From the human T2T-CHM13v2.0 reference genome, Homo sapiens: a DNA stretch of 64,000 bases. Positions 1 to 17,710 of the stretch are shown in pieces. Every line of letters begins with the position of its first letter. Within the stretch, counting starts at the first letter, position 1. A model generated the notes under the pieces. That model saw nothing but the letters and a program-made list of their open reading frames with translations. It made no database searches and was not told where the DNA came from. The stretch lies in the NCBI RefSeq assembly GCF_009914755.1, contig NC_060930.1; one strand, written 5' to 3'. Both the position numbers and the translations under genes were made by a program.

Positions 1-356
<356 letters not shown>

Positions 357-703
357 CTGTATATATTAACTCAAAGGGAAGCACGAGGTCTATTGTCTCT
401 AGGAGTAGCTGTCAGCTATATTGACAGAACGATGCTTATTTTTGATCTCCCTATGTTTACTCCAAACTAGCCACAATTACAAGAAAATTGATAATATTTT
501 CCCCTCACCAATTCTTTTATTTCATGAAAACATTAAATCATTTCAGTTATAAGAATAGTTTCTGGAAGAATGACATGGTAAGAAACTTCAAGCCAAAGTT
601 TAAACTCAAATCCTTTAGCCCCATTAGACCACAATGCTTTGGGTTTAAAAAACTCAATGTCTATTTAAATACCTACTGACCATGAGAGAATTCAGATAAC
701 TCA

Positions 704-1084
<381 letters not shown>

Positions 1085-1089
1085 TTAAA

Positions 1090-1161
1090 TTTATTCTGAA
1101 CAGCAAGGCATCTCAGAATAGATAACTAGAATTCACTTGACATTTTAAAAGCCATTTTAAT
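1090..1161 (-). terminator. Proximal poly(A) signal candidates: ATTAAA (1161-1156) and AATAAA (1095-1090)
   Basis: Hexamers 5 and about 70 nt after the stop. The AATAAA is followed by a U-run from the tail of an antisense Alu. Confidence 0.6.
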
Positions 1162-1166
1162 GGAAA

Positions 1167-1253
1167 TTACATCCTACATACAGGTGTTATTCCAAGAAGT
1201 TTCATTCCATTGGCTAGGACAGAACGGACAGCTTTGAAAAGATGAAGTCTGGC
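1167..1253 (-). CDS. RARS2: RARS2 exon 20, coding part: ARLHLFKAVRSVLANGMKLLGITPVCRM*
   Basis: tttgtag|GCCAGA; stop TAA at 1169-1167; C-terminal ...LLGI...RM is typical of ArgRS. Confidence 0.97.
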   Translation of the reverse strand, partial: ARLHLFKAVRSVLANGMKLLGITPVCRM

Positions 1254-1677
1254 CTACAAAATAAATCAAAGAATGATTTAAAATATTCAGTAACAGGAAT
1301 GTATTCAATACATGAGAATGGTTTTAAAGGTTATTCTTTCTAGTTTAAAGCAGGAACAATATGTCAAAGTGCCCTAGAGTTACTATAGGCAAGAGAAGAT
1401 AAATTCCTGGCATCCCTTACAGTAAAACCTGTACATAAAGTGTCATGGAGTGGGAGTGATAGTATTATACAGTATGGCTTCAGATAAGGGGAACTTATCA
1501 CTATAATATTTCATGTAGGAAAATGTGCTTCATAGTCTAGTATGTTGGGAAGTATATACACATTGATTGTTACAGCCTAATTATTAGCTAAGGAAGTATA
1601 CTGCTACAGTTGAACAACAGAATGCTATTTTAGAAAAATTTACAAGACTGACTTAGTAATATTAGTCTCAGGAGCTA

Positions 1678-1794
<117 letters not shown>

Positions 1795-1994
1795 TCACGA
1801 TAGTACCAGCAGTAATTTCCTGTTGTAAGATATGAGCTTGATATCTAATCTTACTCCTTCAACTTAATAAAGCCCAGAACCATTAAAGGATGTATTCAAA
1901 ATTGTGAAGTTGAAACTGGAATTCAAAACTCAAGCTTTAGATCTTGGCCCTATTCTACTACTAAGAGGTGGGCAATTCTTAAGATTATGATTTC

Positions 1995-2296
<302 letters not shown>

Positions 2297-2479
2297 TCAA
2301 TGTTAATTTTACAAATATAAAGAATCCTTTTCTAATCATTTTTCCTCATTTAGGCAGCCTACAATCCAATGTATAACACAGCATGGCCTTTCCCTCTGTA
2401 CAGTGAGGTGGGTAGAAACTAATTATCTATCCACTCTCCACACACACTGGCCACTCTTTAAAGTATCTTTTTAAATTTA

Positions 2480-2776
<297 letters not shown>

Positions 2777-3566
2777 TTAAAGGAAGAAAAAAATCCTTAC
2801 ATAAATCTAGAGAAGACAAGGTAAAAAGTATAATCAAGAAAACAGTCCTGTTAAGTGTCTGATTTCAATACTTGTTGAGTAAAAGCAACATTTCCTTTAT
2901 TAAATAGCTTTACAGAAGATACAGCTGCTGCTGCTATACAAGGGTGGACTCAATTTTGATTTCAATTTGCTAAAATAGACACCATGAAATTGTCATTAAA
3001 GATTAGAAAAATTAAGTTTTCTAGCTTATTTTTCTGTGCCTCTGCTTAAAATCCCTGTATGGACCCCACCACCCCGAAAATAAGTTTAAATGCCTCAGTA
3101 CATGGCAAACAGGTTTATACACGCTTCATTCATCAGCCCTCCCAGGACAATGCTTATGGATCCTTTAAAATGTATTATTACGTTCTTGCTCAACTCTGGG
3201 CTTTCTTCTTCTTCCCAGCCACATTCCTTCTGATTAATATCTCCTTTCCTCTGAGAAGCCCTCTCTGATCGCTCAAGGCTGGGCTGGTTGCCCTAACACC
3301 ATCTCTTACGTTCACTCTAACATAACACATGCACTGTGCTGTAACTGTAGTTGTCAGTTCCCATTCTCCAGTCTACAGTGACAGTACCTTGTATCACTGA
3401 ATGAATGAAGGAACATTAACTGCTAATTTGTATAGATGAAGCAATAATTCCTGTAACTAAAAGCACATCAAATTTTAGGCCAAGGAATTTGTTTACAGGA
3501 AACCTTTAGATGAAAGAAAGGTCTCAAATGCCATTAACACCTGAAAACAGGAAGATTATAAAGTAC

Positions 3567-3641
3567 CTTAAAGTTAGAAGGTAACTGACGATATGCCTGG
3601 GTTGAAAGTCCTGAGATGATTTATAAAGCACCTCGTCGAAC
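3567..3641 (-). CDS. RARS2: RARS2 exon 18 (75 nt): [24 protein letters not shown](S)
   Basis: cttttag|GTTCGA ... AAG|gtactt. Confidence 0.96.
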
Positions 3642-3757
3642 CTAAAAGATGACAGGAACAGTGAACAGGAAAAGACTGTACACGTTACACTAAGACATTA
3701 GACATTAAAAGATTGTGAATATAAGGTTGACTCGACACGATTAAGAGTAGAAGGTAT

Positions 3758-4048
3758 GGCCAGGCGCAGTGTCTCACGTCTGTAATCCCAGCACTTTGGG
3801 AGACTGAGGTGGGTGGATCATGAGGTCAGGAGTTTGAGAGCAGCCTGGCCAATATGATGAAACCCCATTCTCTACTAAAAATACAAAAATTAGCCAGGTG
3901 TGGTGGCACGCGCCTATAGTCCCAGCTACCTGGGAGGCTAAGGCAGAAGAATCACTTGACCCCGGGAGGTGAAGGTTTCAGTGAGCCGAGATCCAGCCAC
4001 TGTACTCTAGCCTGGGCAACAGAGCAAGACTCCGTCTCAAAAAAAAAG
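3758..4048 (+). mobile_element. AluS
   Basis: Full dimer; TSD AAGAGTAGAAGG. Confidence 0.9.
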
Positions 4049-4929
4049 AAGAGTAGAAGGATATGAAAAAACTGTGTGTACATTTGAAGGCAAAGGAACA
4101 TTTTTCTTTCTTCCAAATTCTTTGATGGCAGGGACTTTCTAAATCATCTTGCTATTTCCTAGACCTAGTCCACAGCAAAAACTTAAATCATGGCTGGTGA
4201 ATGTAAAAAGCCTCCAGCCATGTTTAAGAATATAAAATATAAATTAGCAAAGTCTACCCTCAATGCTAAGAAAACCCAGTTGGCTTATTTTTCCGTACAT
4301 TCCCTATTGTACATGTGAGTAAATTTTTCTGATTCCAGGAAAGAACCACTGACTACTATATGGCAATCAAAGAAAACCACCTTGTTCATAACCATCCACA
4401 TCCCTTCTAGAGACTAATCTCTGGCATGTTTGGCTTCACCAACAATGCCCGTCAGAGCTAAAATGTGTGGGTGTCTTGCCTAGCATGGGAGCATCACATA
4501 CATATATGTATTTGAGATTGTGAACCGAAACCAAGAGGCAAATGAAGGACTTACGGTCTCTGGGAAGCTGCACAAAGGCAGGTATTTTCCTTCACTTACC
4601 ACAGAGAGCAAGAAGATGCTCTTTCTCAAACTAAAACTAAAAAAGGTTATGCTTTTATAAGGCTTTATGTGAGCTAGAGGCAGCTAGACATGTGCGCTAT
4701 TCATCAGTGATAATATTCTGAAGACCCAAAGACTGTCCTCCTTGGGCATTGGCTTAATCTATGCCCTCTGTCCTCAAAATGCAAATAATCACTTTTTAAG
4801 GCATACCTTTGGGAAAAGTCTAGAGGCAGAAGGCAGCTACTGGACTGTTGACTCTACTGGGCAGCAAAAATGCTAATAGCCATTTTGATAAGCAGAAGCA
4901 CACTTGATGATCCCTGGAAAACATCATAC

Positions 4930-5025
4930 CTGAGAAGATGCTGAAGAATTGAAACAGACTGTGGCTCTTGTAAACAAGCAGTGTTGAAGTCATTCAGGTA
5001 CCCACATCCAAAAGTCTCTTCCAAA
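4930..5025 (-). CDS. RARS2: RARS2 exon 17 (96 nt): [31 protein letters not shown](R)
   Basis: tgataag|TTTGGA ... CAG|gtatga. Confidence 0.95.
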
Positions 5026-5389
5026 CTTATCAAAAGTTTAAAGTTAAAAACATCAAAAGATTAAAAAGTCATACAAGGGCACAGAGCTGCAAGTGATGAA
5101 CATGACCTTATAATACACAATTTTGGTCTCCTTAATATCCATACACAGTGGAGGTAACAGTATATTTTTCGACAGGGTTATTCTGAGGACTAAGATAATA
5201 CACATAAATGTATTTCTAACATAGGTGCTCAATAAATTTTTTTTTTTTCCTAAAAGAAGGTCTACTCTAGTCAGATGTGAATAGAAGATATTGGAAAAGC
5301 CCAGAAAACAGGGCCTCTGGTCTTAGAATCACAGGACCTAGCCTAAGTAAGCACAGTGCAGCACAAGGTTTCCCTGCAGCCTCTTCTCA

Positions 5390-5500
<111 letters not shown>

Positions 5501-5584
5501 CTAAAACGACAGAGGAAATCTTCACTGCTGGGATTTGCTCTAGTACCAAACAAAAGGGCCTCACAGGTAGGAGTCTTAACAGAC

Positions 5585-5652
5585 CTGAATAATGAGTGCT
5601 GCGAGCCCGACCCTCTCTGCAGTCTCTTGTGGGTTCTTGAGTTCTTTAGTTG
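5585..5652 (-). CDS. RARS2: RARS2 exon 15 (68 nt): (T)[22 protein letters not shown]
   Basis: tttcag|CAACTA ... CAG|gtctgt; followed by an 84-nt intron. Confidence 0.96.
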
Positions 5653-5903
5653 CTGAAACAGACAAAGGCAGCTATCTTTAGTCTACATGACACTGTGCCA
5701 ATCATGGATCCAAGTGAAGGTAACATCTGCCAAAAATGTATGCTGACAATCAAGAACAGATTCAGAATGAGTAATTACTTGCCTAATTTAGGCTATTTTA
5801 CCTTTGATAATGACATTTCCCCTGCCTACATTAAAGGGAAAGAAATCCAAATTTATTTATTCAAAAGATACTTGTAGGAAAAATAAATTTGGATTTCTGA
5901 TTT

Positions 5904-5940
5904 TATATATATATATGTATGTGTGTATATATATATATAA

Positions 5941-5992
<52 letters not shown>

Positions 5993-6002
5993 CTATATAT
6001 AT
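5904..6002. repeat. (TA)n/(TG)n microsatellite
   Basis: Directly visible. Confidence 0.95.
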
Positions 6003-6324
6003 CTGATACTTAGTTTTCCAAGGGTGAAGGTTAATTAAAGTCATAAGGACTGGTGACTTGTATCCAAATTATAACATAGAAACTTCACGTAATCACCTAG
6101 ACAACAGAATGTCAGTGCTCAAGCTGTTCATGAAAAGAGGACCAAGGTTATAGTAATTCAGATTATTGAAGTGACCAATTCCTGAGTAGCGAGTATAAAA
6201 ATTCTGGCACCTCTAATTAGTGAAAGGTATTTTTGACAAAGTTAGTGACACTTCAATGGAGGGACAGACATAATAAATCACACTGCCCAAAGTCCAGAAT
6301 AACATAAAAGTGGCACGTAAGTTA

Positions 6325-6498
<174 letters not shown>

Positions 6499-6949
6499 TT
6501 AACTGAAAGCTAAACAAGAGCTGCTGCTGAAAGCATATAATACCTTTCAGAGAGTGGTTTGAACTTTAACCATCAGAGCAGAGTTTTTAAAAATTAATAA
6601 AATGAAATTGATGTGATTTGTATGCTACAAAGGACGTTAAGCACAGCTTCACTTTATAATCACCAGCATGTGATTACACTACTAGTTGCCTTTAGGAGAA
6701 AAAGGAGATGTGGATTAAGAATTTTGAAAACTAAGCCACTGAGAGCAGATAACTAGTAAAAATACAGTTATTTAATGTTTATAAGGTGGAAATTATTATA
6801 ACCAAGACATAATACAAAAATCAAATCTACCTTTCCACACCAGTATCTTGAAACAAAGAATTGAAATCTGAGTGAAAAACTTTAACCACTAGGTACATTT
6901 TCAGGCTCAGCTGACCCTGCACAGACAATTAAGAACCATGCAGACATTA

Positions 6950-7069
<120 letters not shown>

Positions 7070-7409
7070 TTAATGTATAAAAATAGGTTGGACTTGAATC
7101 AAATTAAGATATTTGAGGTCTGACAGACTAAAGTCGTCAATTGATATGTTTTAACTAAACACAAAGAGGATGCCACAAGAAGAGTGTCTAAGTGGACTGC
7201 TCTACAAGGGAGGGAAATAAGAGCCATACAACTCCACCGAGTCAGTAGGAAATGTGAACTTCAATCTTCTGAGTATTCTATTTAAGTTTCTGCCCTCTCG
7301 GCTATTATGACCCTGGTCTCTGAGACCAAAGCTAAACTCTAAATAAATATTTGATGGTAACTTTCTTCTAAGTGGAAAGGAAGGTTTCACATGATAAGTA
7401 AGGAAAGGG

Positions 7410-7930
7410 GAAAAGATACTAGAATACCACTCAGCAATAAAAGGAACCAACTACTGACACACAGGACAGCCTGGATAGTTCTCCAGGGCATTCATTATAC
7501 TGAGTGAAAAAAGCCAATCTCAAAGGTTACATATGGTATAATTCCATTTATACAACATTCTTAGAGTGACAAAATTGTGCTGAAGAACAGAGCACTGGCT
7601 GCCAGGGGTTAGGATTGGGTGAAGGTGTGATTATTAAGTGGCTGACCACGAGGGAGTTTGTTTTGTGATGGAACAGTTCTATATTCTGAATGTGGTGATG
7701 GTTACATGAATCTATACATGTGATAAAGTCTCATAAAACCATAGCCACACAAACATTTACAGGAGAGTACATGTAAAAGCTGGCAAAATTTCAGTAAGGT
7801 CTCTATCAATGTTAATTTCCTGCTATTGATAAAAGTACTATGGTTATGTACTATCTTTGGGGGGAAACACCGTACTATTTTGAAACTTCTTGTGAGTATT
7901 AAATTACTTCAAAATAAAGTTATTTAAAAA
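7410..7930 (+). mobile_element. Old L1 (L1MB/MC-type) 3' UTR fragment
   Basis: Resembles L1M 3' ends (gaataccactcagcaataaaagg..., tgagtgaaaaaagccaatctcaaagg..., ggtgatggttacatgaatctatac). Confidence 0.7.
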
Positions 7931-8234
7931 CAACTGTTGAGCCCAAATCAGAATTGAAAAATAAAAAACAAAAAAACTTGGTATTATAGTGACCTGTATA
8001 TATTAATTTCACATAACCATCTTACTGATTCAGGTAATTTTTTCTTACTATGAAGCAATGTAAACTTTTTCATTTTTAAGTGTTTAAACTTTTAAATAGA
8101 AGTTGCCCACTTTAAACATACTTAATGTTGACTTCTCTCTGTAGTTTTCCATAGTTTTTCAACATGGCATCCAATTTCTACCTCTGTAGTTTTCATGAGT
8201 TAAGAGATCATAACTTTTTGTTCTGATTACTTAC

Positions 8235-8295
8235 CACATATATCATTGTATCAAAATTATACTTGTCCATTCGATCTATAGCAGCTGCAAGATCT
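8235..8295 (-). CDS. RARS2: RARS2 exon 12 (61 nt): [20 protein letters not shown]
   Basis: tttcag|AGATCT ... GTG|gtaagt. Confidence 0.97.
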
Positions 8296-8819
8296 CTGAA
8301 ACAAAGTGGCCATAAACCAAGAGTTACTAAGCAGATCCGGGTAATAATTGGTCTTACCTATTTAATAGCAATGAGCATTTTCTAATTAAGAATTTAAATT
8401 ATACCACAGCCTGAGGAATTCCACCCACACTTAGATAATCCGAATATCATGTTTTGATATAAAATGATAAAAATAGGTTTGGGAAAAACAACAATGAAAA
8501 CACTGGGAAAAGCAAAACCTAAAATAAATATAAATAAATAAAATTAATACATAAAAGTTCTACAACAAGTAGTAATAACAACTAAAATAGCTCTGGGTGA
8601 AGTGTCTTGTAGATAAATGTTTTATGATTAAGTCTCTACTAAAAAGAATCACCTGTTACTTCTCTGCAATATATTCTCTTAATGAACATATTTAAAATAT
8701 AGATGATGTAGTAAACAGGTATTGTCTAGATACTCTCCTATTAGTATTACTAAGGACTTTCAAAGTCTTGGGTCAGTCAGGGGGAATACCTTCTAACGCA
8801 TTTAAAAGACCATAAAGTC

Positions 8820-9122
<303 letters not shown>

Positions 9123-9419
9123 AAAAGACCATAAAGTCCTTTGACAGAATTTCTATCTCTTTTATCTCTGATTAGATACAAATATCTAGTTTGCATATGA
9201 AATAATGAAAAACCATAAAATTTCATAAACCAAAACTTCAAGTCAAGGATTATGAAATATTAAAATTTAAAATTAGAGCTATTTTTGATTATATATGATA
9301 CTGGAAAGACTGAAAAAATTTCTCGATCTTTCAAAATGTTAGGGATCATCAAAATGTCATTAGTACCTATCTCATGATCCTGACATTGCACAGAGCATGC
9401 ATTCTCAATGAAGGCAAAA

Positions 9420-9680
9420 ACTGGCTAATTTTTGTGTTTTTAGTAGAAATGGGGTATCATCATGTTGGCCAGGCTGGTTTCAAACTCCTGGCCTCAGGTG
9501 ATCTACCCTCCTCGTCCTCCCAAAGTCCTGAGAATACAGGCAAGAGCCACTGCATATTTTTTGTAGAGATGGGTCTCATTATATTGTCCCGGCTGCTTTC
9601 AAACTTCTGGCCTCAAGTGATCCTCCTGCTTTGGCTTCCCAAAGTTCTAAGATTACAGGCGTGAGCCACTACAGCTGGCC
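9420..9680 (-). mobile_element. Two tandem Alu left-arm fragments
   Basis: Two successive tagagatggg...cccaaagt...gagccac units. Confidence 0.8.
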
Positions 9681-11292
9681 AACAAAAAATCTTATTCTTC
9701 ATGCATAAACCACAGATATGTATACAATATATACAGATATACAGAATATCTGTGGGATAAAATTTCATGAGGATTGGCAATTAGGAAAAATATGGCTGAA
9801 AAGGTTGCTTGGAGGAATTATAATTTTTAAAATGTTGAGAAACAGTTGTAGAGCAGATTATCACAAAAATGATGTCACAAATAGACACCTGTTATATTTT
9901 TTTGGTTTAAGATAAGGACAAAACAAAGCGAAATTTTTTGATTCAATCAAAAAACAAAAAAGAATAAGAAAAATTTCTAGGTTGAGTTTGTAGAAACTGA
10001 ATTTCAAAGCCAGAAGACGTGCTAGGTCATTTAGTCCAGATCTCTCATTTCACAAAGTAGAGAATCATGGCCCAGAGAGTTAAACGACAGTCCCAGGTCT
10101 CCAGCCTCACACTCTGTTCTTTTCAGTATTCTCCTGCAGTTTTGTCTGCTATAACAACTTTCATTTACATCCCCCACACAAAGGTATTCTATAAGAAACC
10201 CATTAGAAGGCAGAAGCAACTGACATTAAAGCAAAGTGAAAAAATCAAACATTTCAATAAGTGGCAAAAAGACAATTATTTTCAAAGAAAAAAGAGAAAG
10301 TACAGGTGTTAAGGTAAATACACAGAAAAGTCTACATCTAATGACAGCCTGAAAAAACACCAAATTAGGATAGTTATAGAGACTTCATGTCATAGGGCCC
10401 CTTTTCTGACGGGATGTTTCTTTTTCCAAAGAAAAATATAGGTGTTGAAAAACTGACACCTAATGATAACCCAAAAAAGACACTAACCAGACCCGGATAG
10501 TTACAGAGCCTCTGTTCTCAATGGATACTTCTTATAACCACTGTGCAATAGTTTATTTACTTAATCTATCTAGCAATAATTAGTTGATACAAAAAACTTT
10601 TCTAATATATATATTTGCTTATCTAGAAAAATAATGTACCTCTTAGATATATAAGCTCTTCTCACTTCCTAATCCCAATTGCATAGAAATGGTAAAGGGA
10701 AATGTCGAAAAGTAATAGAAGGTAAGAGATGAATTTCCTAAGGGGAAGTTAAAAGACTTAATTGGTTGCTTAAAGTTGTTTGGAACAAATTATGGTAGTT
10801 AATATAAAACAAAAAGTATCATGACTTTGTGTTACAAAAGTGATTTGTGACCTAATATAAAATTCTGGCCTGGGAGACACTTTTGCCAGCAGTGCTTCTC
10901 TTTCCTATTAGCTTTGTCCCAGAAATAAAGGTGCTGATAAACCCACTTCTTACTGATGAACAGAGATTGGCCCTTCCACAAAGGTCAGTCACAGAGATGG
11001 ATGGGAAAAAAAAATGTGACATGGCTGCTTTCTCCCTCAGCCTGCTTTACCAAATCCCAATGAGTTCTGGTATTTATGTGCATGTAAGATGTTCTTTACA
11101 GCATAAGGAAACCCCTGAGCTAATATGGTCATCTTTTAGTATACATTTCCTGCCAACGTGCCATTGTAAAATACTTTTAGTTGATTATGAAGTACTTCAG
11201 TTTTACAGTTTATAGAATAATGTCATCAGCTGTGGAATCCGATAATGCATAATTAATTGTACATAGTGTTTCATCTGAAAGCAACAGATTTA

Positions 11293-11463
<171 letters not shown>

Positions 11464-12271
11464 TCAGACCTTTAAAATTTTAATATCTAAAACATTAGCA
11501 AACCAGAAGCTATTTTTATTACCCACGTTGCAATGAGCAGTGCCAATTCAAGCTTTAATCAACAATGGAAAAAAACAAGAATATGACCAAGAATTTCTTA
11601 TGAATGGGTATGATGTAATTAATATTTGGTTATCTTAGCTTTTAAATCTGTAGCTCTGGATAAGGTACTCAGAGATAAATTCTTTAATATACCCAGTTGA
11701 AAAATGAGATGCAGCTGCATTGTAACTATGAAATGTCACACATTCTCCTTCTAATTCATGGTATTATAACATTCAATATTGGGATAATTTTTAACATGCC
11801 ACAAAGTACCCAAGTATTAAAACTACAGATTTTTGTCTTTCCTGTATGACCAAAATTTGGAATCTGTATGAGACAATCTAAAAATTTTCCTTAAGGACAT
11901 TACCGAGGATGCTATTAACTATGTTTCACATCTTCCTTACAAATATGACAGGAGAAAGTTTGCTTTGGTACTATGAAAAGTGACATGTCTCTTAAGCAAT
12001 TGGTTTGCCTCTACATTATAGAGGTCTGGGCTTCTTTCACTGCTATTTCTCTGTTTAGCTGACAGGAAGCTAAAAGCTAAATTAGAAAACAATTAGGCAA
12101 GAAACAAAATTAAAGGCATCCAAATTGGAAAAGAAGTTAAATTGTCTCTGCAGGCAACATAATCTTTTTTTTTCAATATGATCTTATAAATAGAAAACTC
12201 TGAATATGATCTTATAAATGGAAAACCCTGAAGAATCCGCCAAAAACTGTTAGAATAAATGAATTTCATAA

Positions 12272-12615
<344 letters not shown>

Positions 12616-12942
12616 AAATATCAGTAGCATTTCTATACACAACAACAAACTATCTGAAAAAGAAATTTAAAAAAAAATCCCATTTATAATAACATCAACA
12701 AAATTAAAATAGGAATAAATTTAACCAAGGAGGTAAAATATCTGTACACTGAAAACTATATAACACTGATGAAAGAAATCAAAACACAGATAAATGGAAA
12801 GATATCCTGTATTAATGGATTGGAAAAATCAATATTTAAAAAATGTCCACACCACCAAAAGCAATCTACAGATTCAATGCAATCCCTACCAAAATTCCAA
12901 TGACATTTTTCACAGAAATAGAAAAATCAATCATAAAATTCA

Positions 12943-13297
<355 letters not shown>

Positions 13298-13442
13298 AAA
13301 GCTAGAGGCATCGCACTACCTAATCTCAACATCTACTACAAACTATAGTAATCAAAACAGCATCATACTAGACAAAAACATAGAGACCAATGGAATAGAA
13401 TAGAGAGCCTAGATACAAATTCACACATTTATGGTCAACTGA

Positions 13443-13780
<338 letters not shown>

Positions 13781-13798
13781 TAAGAAAGGGACAGTCTC

Positions 13799-14164
<366 letters not shown>

Positions 14165-14551
14165 CTATCTCTCACCATGTACAAAAGTCAATTCAAAGTG
14201 GATTAAAGACAAATCTAAGACCTAAGCTGTAAAACTATTAGAGGAAAACACCGAAGCCTTGGCAAAGATTTCTTGGAGCTAGTCCTCAAAGCATAGGCAA
14301 CAAAAGCAAAAAATACACAGATGGGATTGCATAAAACTAAAAAAGCTTCTGCACAGCAAAGAAAACAATCAACAAAATGAAGAGACAACCTAGAGGATTA
14401 AAGAAAATACGTGGAAAACATGTATCTGGTAAGGGGTTAATGTGAAAATATATAAGGAACTCAACTCAATGGAAAAACAACAACAAAAAAACTAAACCAA
14501 ACCAACACCACCACTACCAAAAAAAAACCCAACTAAAAAGTGGGCCAAAGA

Positions 14552-14842
14552 AGCCATTATTCTCAGTAAACTAATGCAGGAACAGAAAACCAAATACCAC
14601 ATATTCTCACTTATAAGTGGGAGTTGAACAATGTGAACACAGAGACACAAGGAAGGAAAGAACACAGACTGGGGCCTGTCGGGGGATGGGGAGGCGGGAG
14701 AGCATCAGGAAAAATAGGTAATGGATGCTGGGCTTAACACTTAGGTGATGGGTTGCCAGGTGCAGCAAATCACCATGGCACACATTAACCTACGTAACAA
14801 ATCTGCACATCCTGTACATTTGCCTGGGAACATAAAAAAAAA
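14552..14842 (+). mobile_element. 5'-truncated older L1PA 3' end inserted into the L1MA
   Basis: L1PA 3' UTR (ctcacttataagtgggag..., caccatggcacac) plus A tail; 17-bp TSD AAAAAGTGGGCCAAAGA at 14535-14551 and 14843-14859. Confidence 0.88.
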
Positions 14843-16285
14843 AAAAAGTGGGCCAAAGACCCGTATAGACATTTCTCCAAGGAAGGCATACAAAAGGCTA
14901 ACAAGTATATGAAAAGGTGCTGAACATCACTAATCATCAGGGAAATACAAAATTAAAACCACAATCCACAATAAGATATTTCTTCACACTTGTTAAGATG
15001 GCTTTTATAACAAAAAAAAAAAAAAAAAAGATAAATGTTGGCAATGATGTGGATAAAAGGGAACCCTTGTACACTGTTGGTGGGAATGTTGGTATAGCCA
15101 TTATGGAAAACAATGTGGAGGTTCCTCAAAAAACAGAAAACAGAACATCCATATATATGATCCAGCAAACTCACATCTGGGTATACAACCACAGAAAATG
15201 AAATCAGTATGTCCAAGTGAAATCTGCCCTACCATGGTTATTGTAACATTATTCACAATAGCCAAGATGTGAATCAACCTTAATAGATGAGTAGACTTTA
15301 AAATATACAACAGGTAATATTCAGCCTTAAAATAAAAGGAAATCCTGTCATTTGTGACAACATGGATAAACTGAAAGGACATTATGCTCAGTGAAATAAA
15401 CGATGCACAGAAAACAAATACTGTATAGTCTCACATGTGGAATCTAAAAAATTATAATCATAGAAGCAGAGAAGTAGAATGGAGGTTACCAAGGGCAGGG
15501 AATGGGGAGATGTTGGTTAAAGGCTACAAAGTTTTAGGTAAACAGGAGGAGTAAGTTCTGGAGATCTATTGTACAGCATTGTGAGTATAATTAACAATAA
15601 TGCATAGTACACTTGAAAACTGCTAACAGGGTAGATTTTAAATGTTCTCATCATAGGTAAGTACGTAAGGTGATGGGTATGTTAATTAACTTGATTTCAA
15701 CATTTCACAGTGTGCATATATCAAATCATGTTGTACACCATAAATATATACAATATGTCATTCATCAATTACAACTTTTTTTTTAAAGAAAAAACTCTGA
15801 CATAAGCAAGAAAACAGAATTCTAGGAGGGATATGCTAACACCATCTCTGACTTCATATTACTTTTCCTGCCCCTACTTCCTGTTTTCATCATTTTCCTC
15901 ATTTATAAGCCTGTTATAGTATACTTATCTTCACACACTGCCTTAAATATTTTTTGAAAAGGCAGGGATTTCTTTTAAAAGGTAAAACTGAATCAGAAGA
16001 TAATAAGATATATTTCCTTTTTTCAGTTATATCATTATCAGGTTATATGACCTTAAGTAGGTCACTTATATTTTCTGTGCTTCAGTTCCCAGCCTTATAA
16101 AAAACAAGTAACATCCTTTCTCCAAGCCTGAACAGCTTTTGCTATGGAAGCAAAATACAGAATGTGGGAAAGTACTCTGAACAGGAAAAAGCACTATAAA
16201 AAATCCCAAGAAAGCTGCACATTGCATTCTGTTGTCCTTACTCAAAGGATACATCAATAACAATTTCAAAGAACAAATAATTTTA

Positions 16286-16417
<132 letters not shown>

Positions 16418-16535
16418 CTAAAAGAGTTCAGAAACAAAAAGACAAAGAAATGTTAATTGAATCTCCTATTCTTACCCTAAGGCAAAATTAAGGATGCTCT
16501 ACCACCTGTCACACACATGAACACAATAAAAATTA

Positions 16536-16681
<146 letters not shown>

Positions 16682-16743
16682 TCACTCCTCTTCTCAAACC
16701 TCCTAATAGTTTCCACTATACCAGTCAAGTCCTCACAATGGTA

Positions 16744-16937
16744 CTGTGCTGTGCAATACAGTAATCACTAGGCCCAAGTGACAATCTATACTGTTAAACT
16801 GGAATTAAGCAAAATTGAGAATTTAGCTCTTCTGTCACACTATTCACCCTTCAAGCCACATGTGGTTGGTGGCTACTTAAGGAGACGGCCACAGATACAG
16901 AAGATTCCCATTACCACAAAAAGCACTGGACAGCCCT
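16744..16937. mobile_element. MER3/MER33-like hAT-Charlie MITE
   Basis: agccacatgtggttggtggctac and ...ctggacagc resemble MER3. Confidence 0.6.
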
Positions 16938-17488
16938 AGAGAAATCCTAGAATCATGCCCCATATGCTACTAGCTCTTCAACCTTCTCCTGTCGTTCATC
17001 TTGCTTACTTACTCCAGTCACACGGGCTTCTTTACAAAACTGTCGTTCCACCTGAAGACTCCATACCTGATCTCCCCAGCTAGCATCTAGAACCACCTAA
17101 TAAAAACATAGTTGTTTCTTGCTTTATCTTTAATTTGTTTAGTTTGTGCTGTCTCTAGGCTAGAATATAAGGTCTGCAAGAACAAGGGTTTTCCTCTTCT
17201 ATTCGCTGTTGTGTATTATCCCCTACCCACCAAATGTTTATTAAATGAATCAGTTTATTAACCATCACATACCAGCCTAAGGAAGTGAAAGAACAAAAAA
17301 TAAATATGAAAAAGTGAAGGAATGCTAGAACAGAAAAGTCAGATAAAAATGAAGTATGAGAATATCACCTGACACTGCTTCAGGATTATTTTGCAGTTCT
17401 TTCAGCCCAAAAAAAAAATTTGAGTCTTAATTTTAAATTCACCTACAAATCTATTTTTAAAACACAAGCTTAACACGCAACTTTACTA

Positions 17489-17710
<222 letters not shown>

